Shown here in pieces: positions 30,728 to 42,479 of a stretch of DNA of 64,000 bases. Under the pieces are notes generated by a model. That model made no database searches. It was not told where the DNA came from and was given only the letters and a program-made list of their open reading frames with translations. Made by a program: the position numbers and the translations under genes. This DNA comes from an uncultured Chloroflexia bacterium (GTDB taxonomy: Bacteria > Chloroflexota > Limnocylindria > QHBO01): NCBI GenBank assembly GCA_963789435.1, contig CAWBKO010000009.1:259277-323276 (forward strand), given 5' to 3'. How positions within the stretch are numbered: the stretch's first letter is position 1; every line of letters starts with the position of its first letter.

Positions 30728-32755
30728 ATGACCGATGCCACACCCCGCGCCCTGGTGCGCGCCCAGGTCGCCCTGGAATCCTTCCGCCTTGCCCCGAACG
30801 GCGAGGCGGTCGTCTACGCGCTGCGCCGCGTTGCGCGCGACGACCTATCAGTCACATCTCTGGATGCGACCCTACCGGGGGGGCCGTGCGCGGCAGCTGA
30901 CCCGCGGGCCGGTGCGCGATGGGTCGCCGGCCATCTCGCCGGACGGCAGCAACGTGGCGTTCGTGCGCTCACCGGTGGGTCGCGACGATGCGGTGGCCCA
31001 GGCGTGGATCCTCCCGCTCGACGGGGGCGAGGCGTGGCAGCTGACCAGGCTGAAGCACGGCGTCTCGAGCGTCCATTGGAGCCCCGATGGCCAGCGGCTG
31101 GCGCTCATCGGTCAGTCGGGTGACCATCGATTCGTGATCGGCCCCGAAGGGCCGAAGGGACGAACGCCACTCGCTCGGCGGCTGACTCGCCTCGACTTCC
31201 GCGACGACGAGACCGGCCACGTCGTCCGCCGCGCCCACCTCTGGGTGGTCGCGGCGCGCGAGGGATCGAAGCCTCGCCAGCTGACGAGCGGCGACTTCGA
31301 TGTCACGAACCCGGCGTGGGCACCCGACGGTCGCCGGATCGCGTTCAGCGCGGATCGGGGCCCGACGCGACGATCCATCCGCGCATCCAGCTCTGGTCGG
31401 TGGGGACCGATGCGGCGCGACCTCGGATCCGCGAGCTGGCGAGCCTGGCCGGTGACGCGGATCGGCCGGCATTCTCGCCCGACGGCCGTCGGCTGGCGTT
31501 CATCGGCACCGACGTCGACGATCCGCCGGACGAGGTGTCGCCGGCCGTGTGGGTCATGGATCTGCCCGCGGGGCGGCCGAGGCCGCTCACCGTGGCGCTC
31601 GACCGGCCGGCAGGCGACTGGGCATGGTGCGACCTGATGATGGCGGAGGAGGCTCCCGGCCCGGTCTGGCTCGACGACGCGTCGCTCGGCGTGGTGATCG
31701 GCGATCGCGGTCGCAACATCCCCTACCGCGTCGACCTGGACGGCGGCGCGGCGCCGCTCATCGATCCCGCCAGCCCGGATCGCGTGCTCGGGCATCGAGG
31801 TCGCCGCCGGTCGTGTCGCCGTCAGCGCAGCCATCGACGGGCGTTCGGGCGAGGTCCATGCCGTCGAGAACGGCTCACTGCGGGCCATCACGCGTGAAGG
31901 GTCCGGCTGGCAGCGCCGGTTCCCCAGCGTCGAGCTGTCCGAGATCGAGGTCGACGGCCCGGCCGGCCCGATCCACGCATGGCTCGCCTCGCCGGCCGGC
32001 GCCGGCAAACGCCGCCTCCCCACGGTCCTCCACGTCCACGGCGGCCCGACCGGGGCGTGGGGACCGGGCGGCACGCTCGACGCGATCTCGCTGTGCGCTG
32101 CGGGCTATCGCGTCCTCATGCCGAACATCCGCGGCTCGGCCACCTTCGGCGCGGGCTGGGTGCGCGCGCTGTCGTCCGGATGGGGCACCGTGGATGCCGA
32201 GGATGCCCTGGCGTCGATCGACGCCCTCGTGGAGCGGGGGCTTGGCCGACCCGAAGCGCCTGGCGGTGATGGGGCTCTCGTACGGCGGCTTCCTGACGCA
32301 ATGGCTCATCGGCGTCACGGATCGATTCGCGGCGGCGTCGGCCGAGAATGGCGTGTCCAACCAGGTCAGCACCTGGGCCAACTCGTACTTCGGCGTCCAC
32401 TACAACCGCCGGGCCGGCCTCGCGGACCCATTGACCGAGCGTGGGATGCGCTCGCTGTGGCGGTCGTCGCCGCTGCGCAACGCCGCGCAGGATCAGGACG
32501 CCGCTGCTGATGCTCCAGGCGGAGGAGGATCGGATCTGCCCGGCGGCGGACAACGAGCAGCTGTTCACGGCGCTCAAGGTGCTCGGCCGGGAGGTCGAGC
32601 TCGTGCTCTACCCCGAGGAGCACCACGAGATGAAGAATTCCGGGCGGCCGGACCGAAGGATCGACCGCATGGAGCGGATCCTCGCCTGGTTCGAAGGCCA
32701 CCTGCGCGAGTCCAAGGCCGAGCGCGGCCCTACGGCGCGGGCGACTTCCGGCTGA
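30728..32755 (+). pseudogene. S9-family serine peptidase (acylaminoacyl-peptidase / prolyl oligopeptidase type) with N-terminal beta-propeller; about five frame breaks (near 30845, 31365, 31795, 32235, 32490)
   Basis: Propeller repeats (SPDGSNVAF, WSPDGQRLA, WAPDGRRIAF, FSPDGRRLAF). Catalytic domain HVHGGPTGAW..MPNIRGSATFG..LAVMGLSYGGF..TPLLMLQAEEDRICP..YPEEHHEM, spread over all three frames. Confidence 0.8.
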
Positions 32756-33278
32756 GACGATCCGCCAGCCCGCCCACCGTGAGCGCCGCGCCGAGCGCCA
32801 GGATGCCGATCGCGGCGATCAGCCGGAAGGCCTCTCCGCCGAAGGCGGTCGCAAAGACGAGGTAGGCGACGACGCCGCCGACAGCGATCCCTGAGCCGAT
32901 CCACTTGAAGGCCGGCGCATCGGCGATCCAGCCGGCCGCGTACATCCCGAGCCCGAAGCTGAACGGGAGGACGCTCCACAGGTAGGCCCACGCCCCCCAG
33001 CGGTCGGTGAGGCTGGTGTAGAGCAGCGCGCCGCCCACGCCGGCCAGGATGGTGCCGGGGATCACCATTCCGGCCCGCAGCCGCCGGCTGGGGCCGCCGA
33101 GGAAGCCGGGGACGAGGAAGAAGAGCGAGAGGCCGATGATGATCAGCGGCCACCAGCGCAGGACGTCGTCGCCGACACCGAGTCCGCGGATGAAGTCGAT
33201 CAGTGGCTCGCTGGCCAGCACGACGATGCCGACCACGATCAGCAGCAGCCCGGCGATCAGCTCGATGGTGCGGCTCAC
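32730..33278 (-). CDS. multi-TM membrane protein (hypothetical)
   Basis: Intact 182 aa with 5-6 hydrophobic helices. Convergent overlap with the peptidase 3' end. Confidence 0.55.
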   Translation of the reverse strand: MSRTIELIAGLLLIVVGIVVLASEPLIDFIRGLGVGDDVLRWWPLIIIGLSLFFLVPGFLGGPSRRLRAGMVIPGTILAGVGGALLYTSLTDRWGAWAYLWSVLPFSFGLGMYAAGWIADAPAFKWIGSGIAVGGVVAYLVFATAFGGEAFRLIAAIGILALGAALTVGGLADRLSRKSPAP

Positions 33279-33281
33279 GGC

Positions 33282-34478
33282 CTACATCTCGCCTTCGTAG
33301 GCGGGCTGCGGCATGCGGAGCGGCTTGTCCTTGCGGTAGCCGAGCACGTAGTCGGCCTGCATGAGCGTGTGGATCTGGCTGGTTCCCTCGTAGATGACCG
33401 ATCCCTTGGCGTTGCGCAGGTAGCGCTCGACCGGGTACTCGTTCGAGTAGCCGTAGGCGCCGTGAACCTGGATCGCGTCGAGCGCCGAGGCCACCGCGTG
33501 ATCGGTGGTGAACCACTTTGCCAGGCCGGTCTCGCGGGTGTTGCGCTCGCCGCGGTTCTTCTTCCAGCCCGCCTTGAAGACGAGCAGGCGCCCCGCCTCG
33601 ATCCCGGCATACATCTTCGAGATCATCTGCTTGACAAGCTGGTGCTGGCCGATCTCGGAGCCGAACGTCTTGCGCTCGTGCGCGTACTTGACCGATGCGT
33701 CGAGGCACGCCTGCGCCAGCCCGACCGATCCGGCCGCCACCGTGTACCGGCCCTGGTCGATGGCGCTCATCGCGATCGTGAAGCCCTCGCCCTCCTCGCC
33801 GACCCGGTTCGCCGCCGGAACCTCGCAGTCGCTGAAGGTGACGATGCCGGTGTTGCCGGCGCGGACGCCAAGCTTGCCGTGCAGCGACTCGCTGCTGAAG
33901 CCCGGAAAGGAGCGCTCGACGATGAAGGCGGTGATCCCCTTGTGGCCCTTCGTGCGATCGACGTTGGCGAAGACGAGGATGTTGTCGGCCGTGTCGCCCA
34001 GGCTGATCCAGATCTTCGACCCGTTCAGGATGTAGCGATCGCCGTCGCGACGCGCGGTCGTCGCCAGGTTGGCGGCGTCCGACCCGACCCCCGGCTCGGT
34101 CAGTCCGAAGGTTGCGAGCTGCTCGCCGCGCGCCTGCGGCACCAGGTAGCGCTGCTTCTGCTCCTCGTTCCCCCACTGGAGCAGCGTCAGCGAGTTGAGG
34201 CCGGTGTGGACCGACAGGATGACCCGGAAGGCGGTGTCCGCACGCTCCATCTCCTCGCACAGCAGCGCGAAGGCGATGTAGTCCATGCCGGCCCCGCCGT
34301 ACTGCTCGGGGATCGGCAGGCCGAGCAGGCCTGCCGCGCCCATCTTCTCGTACAGGCCACGGTCGTACTCGGCGTTGGCGTCCATCTGCTGGATGCGGGG
34401 CAGGATCTCGCGCTCGGCGAAGGCGCGCGCCGTGCGCTGCACCTCGCGCTGCGCATCGGTCAGCGAAAAGTCGATCAT
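33282..34478 (-). CDS. acyl-CoA dehydrogenase
   Basis: Intact 398 aa. FGLTEPGVGSDAANL..ITAFIVE..GYSNEYPVERYLRNAKGSVIYEGTSQI. Confidence 0.9.
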   Translation of the reverse strand: MIDFSLTDAQREVQRTARAFAEREILPRIQQMDANAEYDRGLYEKMGAAGLLGLPIPEQYGGAGMDYIAFALLCEEMERADTAFRVILSVHTGLNSLTLLQWGNEEQKQRYLVPQARGEQLATFGLTEPGVGSDAANLATTARRDGDRYILNGSKIWISLGDTADNILVFANVDRTKGHKGITAFIVERSFPGFSSESLHGKLGVRAGNTGIVTFSDCEVPAANRVGEEGEGFTIAMSAIDQGRYTVAAGSVGLAQACLDASVKYAHERKTFGSEIGQHQLVKQMISKMYAGIEAGRLLVFKAGWKKNRGERNTRETGLAKWFTTDHAVASALDAIQVHGAYGYSNEYPVERYLRNAKGSVIYEGTSQIHTLMQADYVLGYRKDKPLRMPQPAYEGEM

Positions 34479-34650
34479 TGATTCTCCGTGAGGGGCCGCG
34501 AGGGGACGCCAGATTCTAGACCGATGCGCCCTCGGGGCGGCAGACTGCGCCGATGACGCCGGAGACGCGCTACGCCCGCACCGTCGATGGGACGCACGTC
34601 GGCCGCGCCAATCCCGACCCGCGCATCGGTGATTCGGTTTGACGAACGAA

Positions 34651-34669
34651 TGAGGTAAGGGTAGCCTTA
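34651..34669 (+). promoter_or_regulatory. candidate IdeR/DtxR-type iron box upstream of the FTR1 permease gene
   Basis: TGAGGTAAGGGTAGCCTTA: 14/19 identical to the IdeR consensus TTAGGTTAGGCTAACCTAA. Perfect inverted arms GTAAGG..CCTTAC. 50 nt upstream of the ATG at 34719. Confidence 0.5.
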
Positions 34670-34718
34670 CGAACCGTTGGCTCCAGGCCCCGCCACGGGG
34701 CGGCCGGCAGTTGGAGAG

Positions 34719-35611
34719 ATGACCTTGGATCTCGGATTCTTCACCACCGGGCTGCTCACCGGGCTGCGCGAGGGCGTCGAGGCGGCGCTGATCGTGAGCA
34801 TCATCCTCGCGTACCTGGCGAAGACCGGGAACCAACGCTACTTCGGCATGATCTGGGTCGGCGCCGGCGCCGCCATCGTGCTGAGCGTCGTCATCGGGCT
34901 CGTGCTGTTCAACACGCTCGGCGGCTTCGAGGAGCCGGCGGAGCAGATCTTCGAGGGCTTCGCGATGATCATCGCCGCGGCGGTGGTGACGTGGATGCTG
35001 TTCTGGATGCGCCGGACGGCGGCGAACATCAAGGGTGAGCTTCACGCAGGAGTCGATCGCGCGCTCGCCGAATGGCGGCATCTTCGGCCTCGCGGCGCTT
35101 GCCTTCACCGCGGTCATCCGCGAGGGCATCGAGACCGCCCTCTTCCTGATGGGCCAGGCGACGGCCGCAGGCACGGAGGCGATGAGCACGCTCATCGGCG
35201 CGGTGGTCGGCCTCCTCGTCGCTGTCGGCATCGGGTACGGGCTCTACCGCGGAGCGCGGGTCATCAACCTGCGGACGTTCTTCCAGTGGACCGGCATCGC
35301 GCTCATCTTCATCGCCGCCGGCCTGCTCTCGCACGGCATCCATGAGTTCATCGAGGCCGGCTGGATCACCTTCGGCACGGGCACGGCCTTCGACATCAGC
35401 GGCATCCTGCCGCACGAGCCCGATGCCGGGTTCCTGGGCGTCATCGGCTCGATCCTTCGGGCGCTGGTCGGCTACACGAGCACGCCGGAGTGGATCACCT
35501 TCATCGCCTGGCTGACCTACGTGGTGGTCGTGCTCGACGCTGTACCTGCGTCCGCTCCGGCCGGCCGAGCTGCGGAACGCGACCCGCGAGCAGACCGCCG
35601 TCGGGGCCTGA
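34719..35611 (+). pseudogene. FTR1/EfeU-family high-affinity iron permease; frame breaks near 35070 and 35535
   Basis: GGAGAG Shine-Dalgarno. LLTGLREGVEAALIVSIILAYL (REGVE motif), then GGIFGLAALAFTAVIREGIETALFL (second REGIE motif) in the +1 frame. The tail TLYLRPLRPAELRNATREQTAVGA-stop is in the next frame. Confidence 0.75.
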
Positions 35612-35628
35612 CGCTCTCGCACGGCGAA

Positions 35629-36381
35629 TCAGACCCGGATCGCCATGAACTCGAGCATCTGGCGCCAGGCGTCGGCGCTGGCGTCGGCGTAGTCGGCGGA
35701 CTTGCGGTCGAAGAACGAGTGCGGGGCGCCCTCGTACACCACCGAGCGGTGCTCGACGCCCGCGCCCTCCAGCGCTCGGTCGAAGGCCTCCCGCTGTTCG
35801 GCCGGGATGCCCGCATCGGCGCCGCCGTAGATGTTCAGCACCGGGCAGCCGAAGCGCGGGGCCTCGTCGGCCGGCGCGGGGAGGCCGGAGCGGTGCGGGC
35901 CGACCGGCCACGGGTAGATGCCGATGACGCCGGAGAGCCCGAGGCCGGCGGCCGCCTGGAGCAGGCTGATCCGACCGCCGAGACAGAAGCCGGTCGTGTA
36001 CAGCCGCTCGACGCTCTCGCGAACCTGCGCCGCAGCCGCGGCGACGTCGTCGTCGACCGTCGCGGGGTCCAGCAGAAGGACGTGCGGCTCGTACTCGAAG
36101 CCCTCGCCTCGCTTCCCGCTGCCAGCGGTGCGCGCATACAGGTCGAGGGCCACGGCCTGGACGCCGGCCTCGGCGAACCGGAGCGCGAGCTCCTCGTAGA
36201 ACGGATGCAGCCCGCGGACGTCCGGAATGATGACGATGCCGGCGCCGGACGGGGTCTCGGGCGTGGCGGCGTATGCCGCGAACTCGGTCCCGTCGCGGCT
36301 CGTCAGGGTCAGGTCGCGCGCGTCGAGCGCGGAGCCGCGGATCGGCGGCAGCGGTGGACGGGCGTCGCTGTCAAAACACAT
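35629..36381 (-). CDS. dienelactone hydrolase family protein
   Basis: Intact 250 aa. GIVIIPDVRGLHPFYEE..TTGFCLGGR (nucleophile elbow)..YEGAPHSFFD. Confidence 0.85.
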   Translation of the reverse strand: MCFDSDARPPLPPIRGSALDARDLTLTSRDGTEFAAYAATPETPSGAGIVIIPDVRGLHPFYEELALRFAEAGVQAVALDLYARTAGSGKRGEGFEYEPHVLLLDPATVDDDVAAAAAQVRESVERLYTTGFCLGGRISLLQAAAGLGLSGVIGIYPWPVGPHRSGLPAPADEAPRFGCPVLNIYGGADAGIPAEQREAFDRALEGAGVEHRSVVYEGAPHSFFDRKSADYADASADAWRQMLEFMAIRV

Positions 36382-36440
36382 GGAAGTCTCCCTGGTCGCA
36401 GATTGCGTTCCTGCCGGCGCTCACGATACGCATCCGGCCG

Positions 36441-37252
36441 TCATCGATGCGCCTCGGCCAGGGTCGTGGCCTGAGCGAGATCCCGTACCAGCGCACCGAG
36501 CGCCTGCGCTCCACCGTCGCGCATGGCGGCAACCAGCGCCGAACCGATGATCAGCCCGTCAGCGGCAGGCGCGAGCGCCGCGACCTGGTCCGGACTGCTG
36601 AGCCCGAAGCCGGCGGCCACCGGGACCCGCGCTGCGGCGCGCGCTCGTACCGATGCGATCAGCTCGTACGCCCCCGATGCCACGGCGTCGCGCGCGCCGG
36701 TCACCCCGAACAGCGGCACGACGTACAGGAACCCGGTCGACGCCTCGATGGCCCGCTCGACGCGGTCGGCTGGCGTGTTCGGCGCCACCAGGAACGAGAT
36801 CGCGAGCCCGAGCGACGCGGCCAGTCGCTCGAGACGCGGCGAAGCGTGCGCCGGCAGGTCCGGCACGATCAGCCCGTCGGCGCCGGCCGCGCGGAGCGCG
36901 AGCAGCGTCTCGTGCTCGCCCGCTGCCAGGAGCGGGTTCAGGTAGCTCATGACGAGGATCGGTTGATCGTGCTCACGCTTGCGCAGCGCGGCGACCAGCC
37001 GCTCCGCCGATGGGAGCCCCCCGCCGGCGGCGAGCGCCACCCGGCCGGCGTCCGCGATCGTCGGCCCGTCCGCCAGGGGATCGCTGAACGGCACGCCTAC
37101 CTCCAGGATGTCGGCGCCGCCGGCCAGCGCCGCCTCGGCGGCCGCCAGGGCATCGGCCTCGGTCGGGTAGCCCGCGAGCACATAGGCGATCAGCGCGGTG
37201 CGTCCATCGGCCGCGGTCGCGTCGAAGACCCGCCTGACGCGCTCCGGGCCGT

Positions 37253-37256
<4 letters not shown>
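36441..37256 (-). CDS. trpA: tryptophan synthase alpha chain
   Basis: Intact 271 aa. [43 protein letters not shown] start overlaps the trpB stop (GTGA). Confidence 0.9.
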
Positions 37257-38459
<1,203 letters not shown>

Positions 38460-39077
38460 CCGCCGCGCGTTTCGCACGAATGCGCCGATGCGTCCCGGAT
38501 CGCTCATGCCGTCGCGCTCGAGCCCGCTGGCGGCGTCGACCAGCGACGGGCGCGCCGAGCGCACGGCGGCCGCGACGTTCCCGGGCCGCAGGCCGCCGGC
38601 CAGTCCGACCGGCACGATCCGGCCGAGCCGGCGCGCGAGGGCGACGGGCGCTCCGGATCCCGATCCGCCGCCGTCCGCGCGGGCGGCGCCCTCCAGCAGC
38701 AGGTGCGTCGCGCCGGCCGCCACCCAGGCCTCGGCGCTGCACACTGCGGAGCGCACCGACGTCGGTGCGTGGATGACGCCGATCAGGGTCCGCGGACGCG
38801 GCTCGATGGCGGAGAGCCAGCTCGGTGGCCCGTCGAGACCCGCCAGCTGGATGCCCGTCGCGCGGGTCGCCGCAAGCGCGCTCGCCACCTCCCTGCCGGT
38901 CGGATCGCGAAAGACGAGCACCGGCGTCGGACCGGCGAGCCCGTTCATCAGCTCGCCGGCGCGCTCGACGCTCACCGCCCGCCGGGATCGGCGATCCAGC
39001 ACGAATCCGATGAAGTCGGCGTCGGCTGCAATGGCGGCGCGGACGGCCGCCTCGGTGCGCATCCCGCACGCCTTCAC
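38460..39077 (-). CDS. trpF: phosphoribosylanthranilate isomerase domain, fused in frame to trpC upstream (and, as assembled, to trpB downstream)
   Basis: VKACGMRTEAAVRAAIAADADFIGFVL..LAGGLRPGNVAAAV..VDAASGLERDGMSDPGRIGAFVRNAR. Joined to the IGPS domain by the linker APRRTPSPSLPHPSRAS. Confidence 0.7.
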
Positions 39078-39922
39078 CGACGCGCGCGACGGGTGTGGAA
39101 GCGATGGCGACGGCGTTCGTCGGGGTGCGGCCCGGACGAGCCTGGCCGCGGCGGCGGCTGGATCGGCGCTCCGCAGCAGGCTGGTCCCGACGAGGACTGC
39201 GGCCGCACCGGCCTCCGCCGCTCGCTTCATGTCCGCGACGCCGGTGATCCCGCTCTCGGCAACGACGGTGGCGCCGGACTCGCTCGCGCGCCGCAGCAGC
39301 GGGAGGGACGCCTCGTGGTCGACGGCCAGGGTCGCGAGGTCGCGCGCGTTGACGCCGATCAGCGTCGCGTCGGCATCGAGCGCGCGGTCGAGCTCGTCGG
39401 AGCCGTGGACCTCGACGAGCGCGTCGAGCCCGGCTTCGCCGGCCTCGGCGATCAGCTGCCGCAGCAGGTCGTCGCCCAGGGCGCGGACGATGAGCAGGAT
39501 CGCGTCGGCGCCGAGCGCGCGCGCCTGCCAGACGCCGTAGCGGTCGACCACGAAGTCCTTGCGCAGCACCGGCAGGCCCGACGCGTGACGCGGCCACCAG
39601 GTCGTCGTCGCTGCCGCCGAAGCGCGTCGGCTCGGTCAGGATCGAGAGTGCGGCGACCCCGGCGTCGGCGTAGCCCCGCGCGAGATTCGCGACCGCGGCG
39701 GAGCCGGCTCCAGGCCGAAGGCGCCGGCCGATGGCGATGCGCGCTTCGCCTCCGCGATGATCGAGATCCGCTCGGCGCTCCGCAAGGTTGCCTCGAACCG
39801 ACGCGGCGGGAGGCATCCGACTCACCTCGCGGCGAAGCTCGGCGAGCGGCGAGATGCGCGCATCGGCGCGCGAGCGCGCGGTGCGCCGCGGCGAGCAGGT
39901 CGTCGAGGACGCTTGGCGGCAT
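39078..39922 (-). pseudogene. trpC: indole-3-glycerol-phosphate synthase domain; four frame breaks in the first 350 nt (near 39585, 39700, 39790, 39865)
   Basis: MPPSVLDDLLAAAHRALARR / ISPLAELRREV / ISIIAEAKRASPSAG / LARGYADAGVAALSILTEPTRFGGS / LPVLRKDFVVDRYGVWQARALGADAILLI..VNARDL..ESGI. Confidence 0.8.
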
Positions 39923-39926
39923 CGGC

Positions 39927-40974
39927 TCAGGCGTCCGTGAACTGCGCGGAGGCCTCGACGATGCCTGCCGCCGCACCGGAGTCGATCGCGTCGGTCGCCA
40001 TGCCGATGCCCTCGGCCACGTCGGTCGGCGCGGCCGGCCACGTAGAGGGCGGCGCCGGCATTGAGCAGCACCACGTCGCGCGCCGCGCCCGGCTCGCCGC
40101 CGAGCACGCTCAGGGCGATCGCGCTGTTGAGCTGCGCATCGCCGCCGGCGAAGGCGCTGCGCGGCGCGCGGCGCAGGCCCAGCTCGGCCGGGTCGATCTC
40201 GACCTCCCCGACCATTCGGCCCTCGACGAGCATCGCCCGATTCGGTCCGGCCAGCGACAGCTCGTCGAGCCCATCGCCCGAGTGCACCACCAGCGCGCGG
40301 TCCGTGTCGAGGCGCGCCAGCGCGCCGGCGAGGAGCGGCAACAGCCGTTCCTCGGCAACGCCCAGCAGCTGGCGGCGAACGCCCGCCGGCGAGCTGATCG
40401 GGCCGAGCAGGTTGAACGCCGTGCGCATCGGGAGCTCGCGCCGGATCGGCATGGCGTGCTTCATGGCCGGGTGGTAGGACGGCGCGAAGATGAAGCCGAA
40501 GCCGATCTCGCCGATGCGCCGGGCGACCGCGTCGGGCCCTGGATCGAGCGCGATCCCGAGCGCCTCGACGATGTCGGCGGAGCCGCATCGGCTGGTGACC
40601 GCCCGGTTGCCGTGCTTGGCGACCGGCACCCCGGCGCCGGCGACGACGAAGGCGGCCAGGGTCGAGATGTTGAAGGTGCCCGCGCCGTCCGCGCCGGTCC
40701 CGCACAGGTCGACGGCGCCTTCCGGCGCGACGACGCGGACCGCTCGTGCGCGCATCACGCGCGCGAAGGCGGCAAGCTCCTCGGGCGTCTCGCCCCGTAC
40801 GCGGAGCATCGCCAGCAGCGCGGCAACCTGCGTTGCCGGGGCCGAACCGTCCATCAGCTCGTCCATGGCGGCCTCAGCCAGCGGGGCGGGCAGCACGGCG
40901 CCGGCCGCCACCAGCTCGACGGCCGCGCGAACGGCCGGGCGATGCTCGCCGGGGTCCGGAGTCACAGACGCCAT
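39927..40974 (-). pseudogene. trpD: anthranilate phosphoribosyltransferase; one frame break near 40025
   Basis: AGGAAGGA Shine-Dalgarno. DLCGTGADGAGTFNISTLAAFVVAGAGVPVAKHGNRAVTSRCGSADI..FAPSYHPAMKH..NLLGP.. The tail DVAEGIGMATDAIDSGAAAGIVEASAQFTDA-stop is in the +1 frame. Confidence 0.85.
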
Positions 40975-40989
40975 CGGTCCTTCCTGGTC

Positions 40990-41029
40990 TCGAACAACAC
41001 GAACGCCTCCATCTCGAGAGACGGAGGCG
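40990..41029 (-). terminator. intrinsic terminator of the T-box leader
   Basis: RNA CGCCUCCGUCUCUCGAGAUGGAGGCG (11-bp stem, 4-nt loop) followed by UUCGUGUUGUU. Its 5' arm overlaps the T-box sequence, as expected for the antiterminator/terminator switch. Confidence 0.75.
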
Positions 41030-41250
41030 TATCCGCGGTGCCACACTCGTTCGGGCCGATCAGCCGGCCCACACTTGCTCGGCCCGTTGCTAACGGAGGG
41101 CCGATCCGTCGCCGCCTAGCGGTGCATGCGCATCCACCGTTCGGAGCGAGGCTCGCGGGTCCATTCGCCGATGCGGCCCATGCCGGCTCTCACCATCCCG
41201 GCTCGCTGCGCTGGTCCGTTCCATCGGGTACTCGTCCCGGTCGACGCCGA
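40990..41250 (-). promoter_or_regulatory. T-box riboswitch leader, tryptophan-specific (UGG specifier), controlling trpD-C-F-B-A
   Basis: On the reverse strand: specifier loop ACGAGUAC...CGAAUGGA (AGUA/GAA S-turn, UGG at 41163-41161 followed by A). GGUGAGAGCC distal element. F-box CCGUUA (41091-41100). T-box GUGUGGCACCGCGG (41034-41046) with a UGGC bulge complementary to GCCA-3' of tRNA-Trp. Terminator follows. Confidence 0.8.
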
Positions 41251-41294
41251 TCTTCTGTTTGGACGGGCATCCTAGGCGTGCGCCGCTCGATCGG

Positions 41295-42469
41295 TCAACC
41301 GAGGAATCGGCCGACCGCGACATATGAGCCGGCGACGAGCAGCACAGCCACCCCGCCGTACACGACCGCGCGCATCCAAGCCGCGGCATGGCGCCCATCA
41401 GCCGCTCGCCGGTGGGGCTGCGCCACATGCCCGCCCATCGTCTCCACCCCGGTCGGCGGCAGCAGGAAGCCGAGGATGGCTCCCACGATCAGGCCACCGA
41501 GGTGCCCGGTCCAGCTGATGTTCGGGACGATGAAGGTGAAGACGAGCAGGAAGACGAGGTAGCTGCCGATCCCGGCGCACCATCGTGCGCGCCTGGCCGC
41601 CGAGCACCGCGTGATGGCGGCGCGACACGACGAAGAGCAGCCCGATCACGCCGAAGATGGCCCCCGACGCGCCAACCGCGGACTGATCCGGGTCGACGAG
41701 GATGGTGAGCACCGAACCGCCCGCAGCGCACAGCAGGTAGATCGCTGCGAACTCGATCCTCCCGTACATGCGCTCGGCGATCTGGCCGTACAGCCAGAGC
41801 ACGTACATGTTGAAGGCCAGGTGGATCGGGCCGAGGTGGAAGAAGGCGCTGGTGAAGATGCGCCACCATTCGCCCTGCGCGACCGCGGAGGCGTTGATCA
41901 GGTTCTGCGCTCCGACCGGCCCGACGGTCCCGCCGAACATCCCTCCGGTGAGCGTGGCGCCGTCGCTCAGGAACGCGTCGACCGCGAAGAGGCCGATGCA
42001 GATGCCGATGATGCCGATCGTGACGTAGCCGGTGTACGTCGGCGTAGGCGCCGCGAGCGCGGTTGAACTGGCGACGGGCCTCGAAGTCATGGCCCGTCTC
42101 CTTGAGGAGCCAGGCGATGCGGTTGGCGATCGCGCCCCGCTCCGCGGCGGCGCTCGCCGATCGGCCTCGCGATACGCCGCGATCGCCTCCTCGAGGTTCC
42201 CGTCTCGAACGGCCTGCTCGGCCGCGCTGCGCCAGCCGAGCCAGGCGTCGCGGCCGCCGGCGTTGCCGGCTGCCCTCCAGGCGGTCAGCGCGCCGGCCTC
42301 GTCGTCGATCCGGTAGCGCGCGGTCCCGGTGAGCAGCCAGGCTTCGCCGGCAACCTCGGGGTCCGGGTGGCGGGTCAGTGGCTCGAGGACGCGTGATCGC
42401 GGCCTCGGGGTCCCCGGAGTCGAGCAGGCGGCGACCCTCCTCGAGGGGCGGCGGTGATTGGTCGTTCAT
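41295..42469 (-). pseudogene. rhomboid-family intramembrane serine protease with TPR-like N-terminal extension; about four frame breaks (near 41580, 42045, 42145, 42391)
   Basis: EWWRIFTSAFFHLGPIHLAFNMYVLW, GASGAIFGVIG (catalytic Ser), then WTGHLGGLIVGAILG (catalytic His) in another frame. The N-terminal helical repeats alternate between two frames. Confidence 0.75.
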
Positions 42470-42479
42470 CGGCCGTCGA

